A stretch of DNA of 63,855 nt, the filler included, from Dicyema japonicum (lineage: Eukaryota > Animalia > Dicyemida): NCBI GenBank assembly GCA_011109175.1. It is 7 parts of 7 records of this genome, joined end to end, with 100 filler letters (N's around TTAATTAATTAA, not from the genome) between each part and the next. Parts side by side here need not be neighbours in the genome. Positions count along the whole stretch, not along the records: positions 1 to 9,029 come from RDEW01000128.1; positions 9,130 to 20,401 come from RDEW01000169.1; 5 more parts are not named here. One strand, 5' to 3'. Each line of letters starts with the position of its first letter. The stretch's first letter is position 1. The translations under genes were made by a program, and so were the position numbers. Below the pieces are notes generated by a model. That model worked only from the letters and a program-made list of their open reading frames with translations. It was not told the origin of the DNA and ran no database searches. Shown one piece after another: positions 1-12,759 of this stretch.

Positions 1-699
1 ATTGTCCTAGACAAGCGCGCAATGCTGCACTCTCCATAGTTCCTACTGCATTTCTGTAGCCAGGTTGCTCCTCTTTCAGCAGAATTTTAAATGTTGTGGG
101 TTTCTTTTGAAATTTACGTGTTTCAACAGCTACTACCACTGATTGAAAAAAACAACCAGATTCAACGTCACAGAGAGTTAGGAATGAAATTATTGTTTAT
201 TTGAGTTATCAAAAATATTTAATTTATTATTTTTAATTTTATTTTTCTAATTATGATTTTATAATAATTTTTCAAATAAATATTTTAGTATAGCTTAGTG
301 GTTAATGGATCCGGCTTATCTGTTTCCGTCAGATTTTACCGATTTAGCCATTGATGTTATACTTTTTGCAAATAAAAAAATTGACGAAAAAAGTTTTCAT
401 TATCTCAAAGCACAAGAATCGGACGAAAATGAAAGTAAACGAATATAATGTCTCAGACTTTCAAATTTATAGAAAAATTGAGTTCGTTCGAGCTTTATGG
501 ACCGACCATTCAGACTATTGGGGATCAAAATACTACTGTGGACATTCTCTCTGATAGAACTGTGAATTCAATCTCTCCAGAAGGGGATCAATTCGTACTT
601 ATTGGTTGTTATATTTAGTTGGAAAATATTTCTAATAATGATGATTTATCCTCTTAAATGTTATATTTGATTTTTTACGTTTTTATTTGTTATACTAAG

Positions 700-1095
700 A
701 GGCAAGGGTTCCTTACCCTTGGTTGACTTCCTTTTCTTCATTCCTGGTGGTGCCATGTGATCTACATGTCTCAGGAGGCGCAGATCCTATAAAAGAAATC
801 ATTTGCTCTTCCTTTACCACCAAGTTATTCCTCGAAGGTGTTCCTACAACAGTGGGTCTGGATTGGTTCTTCGTCCTTATTTCAGTTCTTTCTCTTCATT
901 TTTCATGGTGTAACGTGAACTACTTGTCTAAAGTGGGAGTCAGTGAATGGATGCTACAGAGATCATTTTCTCTTCCCTTTAATGGAGGGTTCTCATATCA
1001 GTAAGTCAGATAGACTTGTCTCTGTGACTGTAACCGTGGAAAATTGATACGCTCAGTAATTACTGTTATCGTCTTTCTCGGTGTATCCGGGTTTA
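700..1095 (+). mobile_element. Diverged copy of the SINE-like family (see 32632-32950), with extra internal sequence
   Basis: Shares atgtgatc..gtctcagg..atcatttgctcttcc and the 3' end tcggtgtatccggg with the copies at 32.6 kb and 41.2 kb. Confidence 0.65.
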
Positions 1096-2159
1096 AAATT
1101 TGATTTTACCGTAAAACTGGAGATATCTGCCCTTGTACGGTTATTAAGGATTTTTAATATCTGGTGTTGTACAGCTGAGACCCACGTGCATCCTGTATTT
1201 TATTGCTTCCATAGATTGAGTGTCTGGATGATCGATATGTTTCAGGTTCGAATTTCATATCGGAAGAACAAAGATGATGTGTCTTGAAGTCTCAAGTGGA
1301 GGATTTTATGATGGTCGCGATGCAGTTGCTGACAGATGATCCTTCGAGGTCTTTCAATCTTGAGCTAAACGAGATTCGAATCATGATCCTACTTTTATCA
1401 ACGCTTCCTTGTTCAGAACTTAAAGATTTTCGATATCTCTCGATCCTGTCATATCGTCCATCCTCATGAGAAGGAAGACAAGGGCTTTCATCCACCATGA
1501 AGTTAGGTAGATACTTAATTCAATGAAGGTACGTTGCCACCTCAACCTTCTGTCAAGACTTGATTGTTTTGAACAATTAACGAAAGTTTGGATTTAGAGG
1601 GGTTATAGTCATTCTTTTAGAGTTGACATTTCGCCAAATTCTCTCTCATCTTAGTAATCAGGGATGCCAGGGGGTTCAAATGGGGGGATCCCTGGGTTCC
1701 GAACAAACCTCTAAGCCCAGAAGTCCAAGAGATCCATGCGAGGGTAACGGGGATCAAAACCGTTAAGTCAGAAGTCTAAGGGGTTTGACGGATTGTTTAG
1801 ACCTTCTTTCTCGAAGTATCCGGGGTTGATAACTGAAATTAATTAATTTTTCAAGTTTGAGGAAAATTTAGTTCAATGACCGTAAAACCGAGTAGTTTCT
1901 GGATGTTGTGCTTTAACAATCGTCTAGGTTTTAATTCTCCGAATGGTTCCTTAGTCAAAGGTTGTTTTCACTACGCTCTGGGTCGTCTGTGATTCAATCG
2001 TGTTAGTACCAAGTGCGAATATGCCATTAAAAATCATTTATTTTCCTCCACTTACTGGATCATTCTAATGGATTTACACTTCCAAAAAGGTAATGAACTG
2101 GATACATATAATTGTGGAAGAAACGACTACCCCATTATGGATACCTCCCAAACATTGAT

Positions 2160-2290
2160 CCTCAGGTTCGGTCCTATCTCCGGATTATCTAGCAAGCTTA
2201 CTGACAATCCAGAACACCCTTCTTTCGTATGTCGATGATATCATAATTGCTTCACGCCATCGCTTCTATGGTCCTGCAAGAACACATTGA
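2160..2290 (+). pseudogene. Degraded non-LTR reverse transcriptase remnant
   Basis: Remnants of the PQGSVLSP motif and LLSYVDDIIIAS (YADD-like). Confidence 0.55.
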
Positions 2291-2514
2291 TGAAATTTCT
2301 TTTGGATGGACCGAAATTTCTTTTTGGATGGACCATTATCTTCTTAAGAAATATCTATATTATTAAACCATCACGTACTTTTAAATTTGTTAAAATAATC
2401 AACTCTTATTGCCTTATATCATATCAGATTGAAATATTTTTTTGTAGTCTGAAATCCCAGAGCGAGAGATTTTAAAAGTTGCATAATATTGTTTGCCTTT
2501 ATATATATAAAACC

Positions 2515-3012
2515 AATCTTTTATCCTTCAAAAATCAAACTACAACGACCTTATATGCGTCCTTAATATTCACGGGGACATTATTTTCAGCGACATATCC
2601 TGCGATCCCCCTCCCAAATGGAATCACAACGTTCTTTAAATCTTCCCGTGCTTCCACGAGAGTTGCAGACTCTCTGACGTTGAACAGAAAGGTCATCAAT
2701 TCCTTTTTATGTTTTTCTTCGTTCACCAAAAAGAGACTGCTGCGGTCAGCCTTTGCCAAGATCTCTTAAGCGGAATAAGATTACCTGCACATTGAGAAGT
2801 ATTTTGTGGCACAACCTTGCCATATCAAGTTCAGTGGTAACATCCTTGATAATCTTTCGAACATGTTTTCGTACATAAGACTTAGGAATTACATCAAATA
2901 AATAAGCAAATTCTGTGTCTCCAAGGTTTGACCATCTCAACTGAGACATAAACGCTCTGATAAATGAGATGTTATGGTAGAAGTTCTTATTAGAAAAAAG
3001 AGGGCTTTCCAA
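2515..3012 (-). CDS. GAF-domain fragment of a PDE5/6/11-type cyclic nucleotide phosphodiesterase (partial or pseudogenic)
   Basis: ELDMARLCHKILLNVQ|ILAKADRSSLFLV...IPFGRGIAGYVAENNVPVNIKDAYK|DKR after removing introns 2763-2784 (22 nt) and 2526-2549 (24 nt); no catalytic domain seen downstream. Confidence 0.75.
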
Positions 3013-3910
3013 TCTATTCTATTTATAAGAAAGCTAAAAATGGAAAATAGCTTTTCATCTTAATGTTAGTGCGAGTCATTATCCTGTCGCTTGTTCACGT
3101 GTGAGGGCTGGTACTACTCCCACAGAAAAACTAGGTAATATGGCAGTTAGAAAAGACAAGAAGAGCGGCTATAAAAAACAAAACTACTGTTCTTAATCGC
3201 GTAAGAGACTGGTATAATCTAAAGTTGGACTCCCGAAGTATAAGATCTCCTAAACACATCTTTTCTGCATCTCTTCGTTAATAAATTTGTTAAAGCTAAA
3301 GCAACTAAAGGTTTAACTGTACCAATCGATGATGTGGCGATCAATGACCTAGAAAGTGGAAAGATCATTTTAAAGGGATAATTCATTGGATTTGTCCTTG
3401 AAAGTTTTTGGTTTCCGGAAAAGGAAATGACGTGCGAAATGTATTGAGTCATTAAAACAACCTATTCTAACAGACCGGATAAAATCCCAGTGATCCTTCT
3501 AAAGAATCTTGGGATTATGGAATCGCTGCATTAACGATGTTATTCAACCACCCTATTAGTAAAAATTCTATTCCAGTCTTATGGTAGGTTGCTCACCGGC
3601 GACCAATTTGAAACCCGGAAAATTGAAGAATAATCCCACTTCAATACAAACCGGTCTCGTTATTGTGTTTGTTGTCGAAAATTTTGGAAAAGGCTGGTTC
3701 TAGAAAAAAGATTTTCTCTCGGTCTTTCAATTCAACATCGTTTTAAAAAGAGAGGTGACTTAATCAGCCATGACTTACTCCATACGACATGGTTTTTGCA
3801 TAGTGTAGTGCTTTGGGCGCTAGAGTATAGAAAAATAATTTATTTAAAAAATATCAAACTAACAAAAATCAAAAAATTATGACTTTAAACCGTTAAACGA
3901 GGAAATTATA

Positions 3911-5080
3911 TTAAAGCATAGGAATACTTTCAATTTGATCTACCACATTTCTTTGGCGTTTGTTGTAAACAACCCAAATAACTCCAATAATCGTAAGGAC
4001 TACGACAGTAAGCGTAATTCCTATGATTTTATAATTTTTTGAAATATTATACATATTGTTTTTTGTAGAAATTTTTTTTTCAAAACACCCATAATCTAAA
4101 TTCACCGTAATTCAAACCACTACCGATGTAGCTGAAAATCGAATCATTCCTAAAAACTTGAATTTTGAATAATGAAAAATTAACGTGAAGATTATTATAA
4201 GTAAAAATAAACATTTCACAGTGATAAAAATTTCCCACATCGACATATGTCTGATCATCGGGATACCAGGACTCAATATCTTTGCCGTGCACAAAACCAA
4301 TTTTCGAGATAAAATAATTATTTTGTGTCAAATTAAAAATAAAAAATATATCGATAATGTGACTTTTTATATTCAACTTAATTCCATCGTTTTCATAATC
4401 AATGCTTAGGATTGTATGTTCTATAGAAAAAGTATGAAATAGTGGCTATAATAAAATTTTGCAATTTACCATTATAGCATAGTTAATCTTGGCTACAATA
4501 CGCCCACTTAATATAGCTTTGAGTTTATTTCCATCCATAAAATACCAAATTGGAGTATTTGGATCGTTAGATGGATTACAGTCATGAGCTTTATTAAATT
4601 ATATTCAAACCTTTTCCAGTTATATGATAATAAGAAGGTTTAGTTCTAAATTGTACCACTAAAGCATATATTGTGACAGAATAGTCATTCTCTAAACTGA
4701 TGAAAGTATCTCCACATCTGTAATAATCTTCATTTTTGATTTCTGTGATGTTTATTGTATTTGTGTAGGTTTTATTATCTTTGATGATTTAAAATTAAAT
4801 TACTGGAGTTTAATTTAATTTTAATCGTTACGTTATAGAATTGCTTACAATGTTGAATGATCAATTCAATAGTTAAATTGTTTTTCTTGATTTCATAATT
4901 CAATTTATTATCGTAAGTATCATACTTGATTCTAAATACATCAAATATTATCTATTTTTGAGAATTATAGAATACATTCTTATGGATATTTGTCAAAAAA
5001 CAATCTCCATACCATTTCATACTATGTAGATCAAACTTAGATGCAATTTTGGTGATCAATGACAAAAATATTAACAACAT
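3911..5080 (-). CDS. LAMP-like type I membrane glycoprotein, 350 aa, six exons
   Basis: Removing GT-AG introns 4952-4975, 4779-4803, 4589-4610, 4446-4469 and 4096-4117 (22-25 nt) gives an uninterrupted ORF: hydrophobic N-terminus, two repeats resembling LAMP domain C-halves (EDYYRCG..VVQF..AHDC; VGNFYHCE..FKIQVF..DYGC), TM helix IIGITLTVVVLTIIGVIWVVY and a short basic tail. Confidence 0.75.
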
Positions 5081-5280
5081 AAAATGTTAATGAACACGTC
5101 AATGATTATTATTAAGTCGCTTGCTATGTTGATAATTTAATAAAAATTAATTTTTTATTTATTTTAAATATTTCTACATTTATTTATAAAGGAAAAAGAA
5201 AATTTTGTTAAAAAAGTAATAAAATTAAGTTAGTTGTTATGACAATGTTCTCATTATGTCCTGCAGACATTGAACACTCA

Positions 5281-6165
5281 ATGGAAATACACTCAATCCC
5301 ATAAATGTTGACCCAATTCCATAAATGTTGACCCAATTCCCATAAATGATGTCCAAGTTATATATATTATACTAATAAATAATTTAGGAAAAAATTATTT
5401 TATTCAATTAATCTGTTATTAGTTCCATTTACCCTTTCCCAAAAACTGTTGTATTCCATTTAACCTTTCCCAAAAACTGTAAGATGAGGACAAATTCTCT
5501 GTTTCGAGACCACTCATAACAAATCCGATAGTTGTTAGCAATTCTCCTCTTACAGTTGCTCTTGGTCTAATTACATTTAGACGAGATTTCACACAAGAAA
5601 AAAAAGTTTTCAATTGGGTTCAAATCAAATGAATAAGGGGGTAAATAAAATGTTGTAACACTTTTCCTAATAAAGAAATCTTTAATTTCATCACAATGAT
5701 GAAATCTAATTGGGGAATATCCATAATTAATTGATGTATGCAAATTAAACCCTGTTTCATCTAAAAATAATAACGGCCTATTTCTAAACCCTAACATTCT
5801 TGATGAAAATACTTCCCTTTCTGCCTAATTTTCTGTACTCAATCTAACTTCGGACCTTTTCTTGAGTCTTTTTCGGCCTACTGTCTTGTAAAGATCACCG
5901 AAAGTAGGATCATCGAGTTCACAGCTTTCGATCTTTTGTATACACCTGTTCAAACTCTTTTTACTGATCGAAATGATAAATATACTTTAGTTCATAAAAA
6001 CCTTGCGACTTCTCATATCTGTATTAGTTGATAAAAATCTAAAAAATTAAAATTTTAAAATATAGATTTACTTGTGTATTATTTATATATATAACTTTGA
6101 CATCATTTATGGGAATTGAGTAAACATTTATGGGAATTGGGTCATCATTTATGCGATTGAGTTAA
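5281..6165 (-). mobile_element. Internally deleted IS630/Tc1-mariner element
   Basis: Transposase remnants LFLDETGFN and YLPPYSFDLNPIENFF; long inverted termini built from ~21-nt repeats (cccataaatgttgacccaatt) at about 5290-5370 and 6085-6165. Confidence 0.8.
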
Positions 6166-6350
6166 CCTCTTATTATAGCAATCCGAATGTTCTGGAAGAG
6201 CCATTGCGTCGTTCTAAGCTCACCATTCAGCAGTCTGCAAGCCGCACGATGAACTTAAAAACCAGACGTGCTCGGGCCAATAACGTCTGTCCTCTCAACA
6301 GAGATCGGCTGGAAAGCGAATCGGTCCCCAATACCGCTGTACTTTCTTCT
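6165..6350 (-). pseudogene. 3' end remnant of a CRE-clade (RLE) non-LTR retrotransposon
   Basis: KYSGIGDRFAFQPISVE.. and WLFQNIRIAIIRG resemble the CRE C-terminus. Confidence 0.6.
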
Positions 6351-6861
6351 TTCAAATGTTCTTTAACACCATAATAAAAGTTCTTAAGAAAATACAGCGA
6401 TTTACCGCCTTAATTTTAAATTGTCATAACCGGACATGGAATCTAAATTGTTGCAGGAGTAATTTGTACTTCTGAGCATGGACGAAGTGACTCTCTAGAA
6501 AGACATTAGAAACAAAGAAAGTGTCAGGTTTACCTAGAATTACATACGAATCTCTTTCACTCCAAAATTGAAAAACAAACTTGAAAGGTCATCTGTCCGA
6601 AGTTGAACGATATAATGATTGTTAATATGACTATATGTATGTTTATAATATTAATTATCGAATGTGTTCTTAATGATAATAAATAAACCGAGGTCTGAGA
6701 TAGGGTTTTCTCGACGAAATGAGAATCACGTCAATCAAAAATACACACTGATCGATATGAACAAACTTTTTAGTTTTATTAAGACTGCACGTTGCACGTT
6801 GTGTCGTCTGTCGTCGTTGTGTCTAAAAGAAGAGAATAAGAAAGGAAAATCAGAAAAGAAC

Positions 6862-8577
6862 ATGCAGAAAACTGTAAAAGAAGATGAGATCTGCACAAAG
6901 TGCAACATAATGAACAAAAGAATGCGGATGATCCATTGCACAGCATGTTCGTATGGCTTTCACATGTCCTGTGCCGGAATGACTAAAAGAGCCCTGGTTG
7001 CCATTTCCAATTGGCACTGTTGATCTTTTCTCCTACCAGATAATACGACAAACTCTTCTTTACGCTACCTTTCTGAACATGTGCAACTAGACCATTAGGA
7101 AATACTTGAATTGATCTTAAACCTGACACACACACGAAGACTCCTGATCAGGATCCCCAAAGCTGCTCGTATATCTGTCGCGGACTGCCTAGGTGAGTGT
7201 ATTGAAAAGGTAGTTTCTTCTGACGACTCTGAGGATTAGGTACGATTATTTTTCTTTGATCCATTCACACTATGCATACCCCATAGGAGGAGGAAAGAAG
7301 AGAAATCACTTACGTCATTAGTAAAGGAGAATGTCTACACATTCTTCTTAAGAACATATTGGCAGACTCAGAAAAGCTCACCTACAAATCCCAAAACCAT
7401 GAGAAGCCAACATCGACTATCTTGGACACTCAGAGATTAAGAAGTGCGATCCGTTGAAAACTTCCGGAAGGTGGTATCCGTGCTGCCGTGAGGATCCCTG
7501 CAGATCAACAATCTATAATTGAGCCATTTGAACAGTCCTACTCATCACTTGTTGAGCGACACCCAAGTCTCCCAACGACCACCGGGTTCCCCCTTGCCCA
7601 GGACAATTACCCAATCTACTTGTCTCTGAAGAGGACGTAAAAGATGGGATTCTCTCTTTCGTCCCGAGTAGCAGTGGAGGACTAGATGGGCTCCGTCCGG
7701 GTCACATCAAAGATCTCATTGCTCATAACACGGGCAACTCTGGGGTCCGGCTCGTGTTGGCTATCACAAAACTAATGAACAGGATGCTATCAGGAACACT
7801 ACCAGAAACAATTCGACACGTAATGTTCTCCGCAAAGTTAATCGCATTCGACAAGAAGGGAGGTGGAATACGCCCTATTGCAGTCGGAATGGTCTTCCGT
7901 CAGTTGGCCTCAAAGCTTGTATGCAGAGCAATCCTACCTACGCTGATAAAACAGCTACAACCAACCCAAATAGGGGTCGGCACACCGGGGGGTTGTGAAG
8001 CGGCAGTTCATGCTGTCCGAACATTCACCAAAAAGAACGTGAACATTCCTCACGTAATCGTCAAAATTGACATTAAAAATGCCTTCAACTCGATACGACG
8101 TGATACAATTCTGGAGGATTGCTTCACATACTACCCATCAGTGTACAGCTATATTCATAGCTCGTACGGAAAACCATCCAGTCTGGTACACGGCCAATAT
8201 TACATTCCATCGTCTTCTGGAGTCCAACAAGGAGACCCACTGGGGCCCGCCTTGTTCAGCCTGGGAATTGCCCGTATCACAGGATACTGCTCCACTCCTC
8301 TGAGAGTATGGTATTTGGATGATTGCACCATGGGCGGCCATCCGACGGATGTACTAGATTGTTTGAAAAGTCTGATAGTATAATTGGAATCCCTATACCT
8401 AACTCTAAACACCAATAAGTGTGAAGTAACCAATTTTTGAATTCCACAGTCTGAATGGGATCTGATCCTTGGTATGTTTAGAGAGATCATTCCGAAAGCC
8501 ACAGAAACCAAATCAGAACAACTGGAAATACTTGGATGCCCTCTTACTGATGCTGGAATCAGTAACACTCTAAGGTG
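6862..8577 (+). mobile_element. CRE-clade non-LTR retrotransposon, degenerate and 3'-truncated, with an N-terminal PHD finger and RT
   Basis: CTKC..IHCTACSYGFHMSC..WHC; RIPKAAR; GGIRPIAVG; QIGVGTPGGCEAAVHA; GVQQGDPLGPALF; WYLDD; several stops and frameshifts. Confidence 0.85.
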
Positions 8578-9029
8578 ATGCTGGAATCATATTGTTTTAT
8601 TGTAATATTAAGACAAGTAGTTATTTAGAAAAAAATTATAAGCGATTTCTTATCTTAAAATGAAATTAGAAAAAATAAAAAATCCATTTCTTTCGAATCC
8701 GACACTGCTAAATTTCCAAAAATGGCGAATTCTGAGGTTTTATTGTAGTAAATTATAAAATTTGTGTGTATCTGTTCGTAGTATTGATTATTAGAAATAT
8801 AAGATAATTTTTTCCACACGTCCAGTTCCAGTCGGAAGAGTTCGGAAAGTCAATAATTTTAAAATAAACTATAAATGACATTTAATTATTAAATCGAAGC
8901 TTGGAAGCAAGTTGATTAATTCCTTAGTTCTAATATTAACATACGATACCAGGAAAATGCGTGTAAAATTTAAATCCATTTGTTTAATGAATACAAAAAG
9001 TGAAAATTAATTAAATCCCAATATATATA

Positions 9030-9129
9030 NNNNNNNNNNNNNNNNNNNNNNNNNNNNNNNNNNNNNNNNNNNNTTAATTAATTAANNNNNNNNNNNNNNN
9101 NNNNNNNNNNNNNNNNNNNNNNNNNNNNN
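9030..9129. other. Artificial scaffold-joining spacer N44-TTAATTAATTAA-N44; the 12-mer cores are at 9074, 20446, 31770, 47830, 53464 and 61339
   Basis: Identical all-frame-stop 12-mer centred in N runs six times. Confidence 0.95.
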
Positions 9130-10220
9130 AAGTTGTACTCCGTAAGCCAGTTTCAGTGCGAAACGTCTTGTCTTTTCCAACTGTTCGATAAGGTAGTCAC
9201 TCTCCTCCGTACCGAACCAGCCCTCGTAGCCATATGTGAGGACTGGCTGTACACACGTTCTGTACACGTAGATGTACGTTTCCGGACCCAGATGGAACCT
9301 GGTCAAGCTTTTAAGGATCCTCACACTCCTCTTCCGCTGATTTGTTACATGGTCGACGTACGAGCCACGACAGTTGACAATTACTCCAAGGTAGTGTAAA
9401 TTCAAGCTCTTGGAGAGATCCATAGTATAACCACCCATAGCATAGGCGCACGACGCCGCACAACGACTCCCTCTCCGCATCCATGAAATGGTGCTTTTCT
9501 CAGGTGCTAGGGTCAAGCCCTTGTCTTACTGTCCACTTCTTTAGCATGGCATTGTATGACTCAAGTCGTCTCCAAGATTAGGAAATCATTTTTTAGGTAT
9601 CCATGACAAAGATGTCATAGCATATATGATGAGTTTGCCAAGTACGTAGGGACGGCAGGGAATGTCCGCCAGAACGAGATTGAAAAGAAGTGGGCTCAAT
9701 ACCGACCCCTGCGGGACGCCCCTTCTAAGTCCTACACACTCTGATAGACAGTTCCACACAGCGAACAAAAGATTTTCTTCCAGACAAATAGCTCTCCAGC
9801 CGTCGATAGGTCTTCATTTCAGCTCCTGTTTCATGGACTCTCGCAAGTAGACCCAGGTCCCACAAGCTATCGAAAGCTTTTGTGAGGTCCAGGCACACCA
9901 CAGTTACCCAGGCTTTGTTTCGGTTAGTACGGGATAGTTGGTGCACTTGCTACTTCAAACTGTCTCGTGTTCGTCTTCAATCGCGGAATCCCATCGTACG
10001 GGTGAAAGCAACTTTTGTGATTCCACATAACGAGAAAGTCTGTTGAAGACAATTTTTTCCATTGTTTTAGAGAAAGCACAAATGAGGTTAATTGGCTGAT
10101 AGTTCACTACTAGCAGTGTCGATTTACCCGATTTTGGTATCATTTGAACAATCGTATGTTTCCATGCTGATGGAAGGTGTCCAAACGTCCAGCTGGCGTC
10201 AAACATCATAGTCAGTGCTT
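9130..10220 (-). pseudogene. Degenerate LINE reverse transcriptase (non-RTE type)
   Basis: PSAWKHTIVQMIPK, YQPINL, CLDLTKAFDSL, GVPQGSVLSPLLFN, HYLGV and QPVLTYG spread across frames. Confidence 0.85.
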
Positions 10221-10429
10221 GTACCAGTAGTTTAAATAAATAATTTGATTTGTGTCTAAAAAATTAAAAAAACATTTAATTTGTATTTAATGATTTTAAA
10301 CCTAAATATTTAATTGATTTCTAGAAATCAAATCTTCAACAAACTTGTCAATAAAAAACTTTCCTAACTCAAAAAGGTTTGATTCAAAAATTCAACTAGT
10401 CCCCTATGCGGCCTACGGCCGCGGTATCT

Positions 10430-10706
10430 GTTCACTTAAAGAACTTCAAGACATTTCGAAACAAAACATCCTGAAATGGTTAACAAATCGCCATCTTTTT
10501 TTGAAGAAAAGTTAAATCGGTTTCAGAAAAAGCAATCAATTATTTCACATTTTGCTTCGTTAAACGACGGACGTAAACTAGCTTCATATATGATTAGTTT
10601 ACGGATTGAAAAATCTGGAAAGCCGCAAACTTTTTAATTAAGTGCGTCGCAAAAAATTCGTTTTTTAAAATGTGCGTCGCTGTTCAAAAGTGTCGGGAAC
10701 GTCTGG
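10430..10706 (+). mobile_element. hAT (Buster/Charlie-like) remnant with right terminus
   Basis: RHFETKHPE zinc-finger-like remnant; ends in ..gtgtcgggaacgtctg, similar to hAT TIRs. Confidence 0.5.
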
Positions 10707-12759
10707 TTTTAGATAATTCAAAAGCTGATACTTTTAATAACATTTGAATGACAAAACACAGTTTTTAATAACATTTTCAATCTCATTTCGAAGTAAGACC
10801 GTAAATTTCTTTCTGACAGCTGACTAATCATTCTATCTCTGCCAGAATGATTAGAATTATGTGCTTTCTAAACATAAGGAAACTTATATCACCTCAATCA
10901 TTGTTTGCTTTAGTTCTTCCTCTCCTTACAAAAAAATCAAATTAAGCAATTGTTCTCTCATATAAATGACTTTCCATCAGAGAATTCAAAAATTTTGGCG
11001 TAAATTCTGAATCTATGCTTTCTCTTTTTCAATCGCTTCATCAAGCTCCCAAACTCTGATTTTTTTATTTTTAAAAAATTTGCTTTTGAAAATACAACGT
11101 AAACCATTTTTATGTTGAGATTTAACCAAAGGATCAGGGTAAGCCAGTTAATTATAATCCCAGTGATCTCCGATGCACTTCGCAAGCAATGGAGATCCTC
11201 CGAGAAGGTTCGATCCGTCGCAAAGTTATCGACCTGGGACGACGATGTCCCAAGGGTCAGAGTTCTAGAGGTCCTTTTTCGGTGAGCATTAAATGCTTTC
11301 TGAGCGTTTCCCAAATCCAATTGAAATTTCAAACTGACTTCGTAAACCCCATAACGCCACTATAAGATCTAGAAAGAGGGAGATGCCCATTCTGCAATTG
11401 TGTCGTGCCAGACGGACTCGTCGCCTCACGGGCAAGGGAACGTTGACGATAGTTAGCCTCCAACCGGAAAGTAGCCTCCTTCGAATTTGAACCCACGACT
11501 GCCGTAATCCAATTTCCATAGCATATAATAAATTATTCTATCCATTTTTTATTTTAATGATGGTGTCACTGGTCCGCTCAAAAACCGGTGACATATATTA
11601 AGTTATATCTTGATGGTGTCATTAATTTTCGTATTTCCTTTCCTCATGCAGAAGAGAGCAGAGAAAGGACACTTTAACTAGAAATTAAGAGTTTATCTTT
11701 TTGTCAAAGATAAAATCAAGATATTTTAGGTCCTCAGCTTCTAGAATTTTTCATCAATCAATAAAAACTTGGATATCTAAAATAAGCTGGAAACCAAACG
11801 GATTAAGAATCAAGAACAAGTCATCTATAGACGAACAAAGACTTATTATAAAGTGAAACTGTAACCATATTAAAAAACGAACATGACAAATTAATATGTG
11901 AGCAAATAACATTATTCTTTAAAAACGAGTTCGTTATGAAACAGATGAATAGATTTTTTAAGATAAGCTTTATTCGCTAAATAAATGTTTTATGTGAAAA
12001 TCTTATGTTAACTTTGTTGATAATCTTTTAATAGTTGAAATTGATTTTGTCGCTGTATTTTGAATCATGAAATATTTCACTTAATTAAGTAAAAGTATTA
12101 TATAAAGGATTAGCTAAATGGCACTTAAAATAGATTATTTATTACTTTATTGTGCACATAAACATTTCATAAAAACAGACTACTTAATATTAAAAGTTGA
12201 AGTATTATATTTGTTAAAGTTACTCTTAGTGTTATTTTTCAAACGTATTTTAAGATAAAAAATAAACCTATTAATTATTTACTTTGTATTTTTATAAAAT
12301 ATTTTAATACTTTTTAAGAATATTTTATACTTTTATTTTATTAAATTCAACTATGATAGTTGAATTTCTCTTAATTGTACGATTAAACATGTGAGTTTTC
12401 TTCGTAGTAAAAATATTAAATTAAAAAGATGATTTCATGATATCAATAATTATTCAATACGCCGTTATATTAACTTGTAAATGCGTAATTTTTCATTTTT
12501 TCCAATTTAGTAAACACCTATACTCATTTTCGATTAAATATAAAATACCAAAATGAAATCATATGAAAAAATTGAGTTCTCAAGGTTTGATATAACTTTA
12601 CGGGTAAAAACACTCTGATATATAATTACTAAATACGCGAAATACTTTTAAATTAATAAGTTTTATCTTCGAGATAAGATCAAACAATTATAGTGTCATG
12701 ATTAAGAATTATCATAGTTTAATTTCTATTAACTAATTTGTATAATATAGAATATTTCG

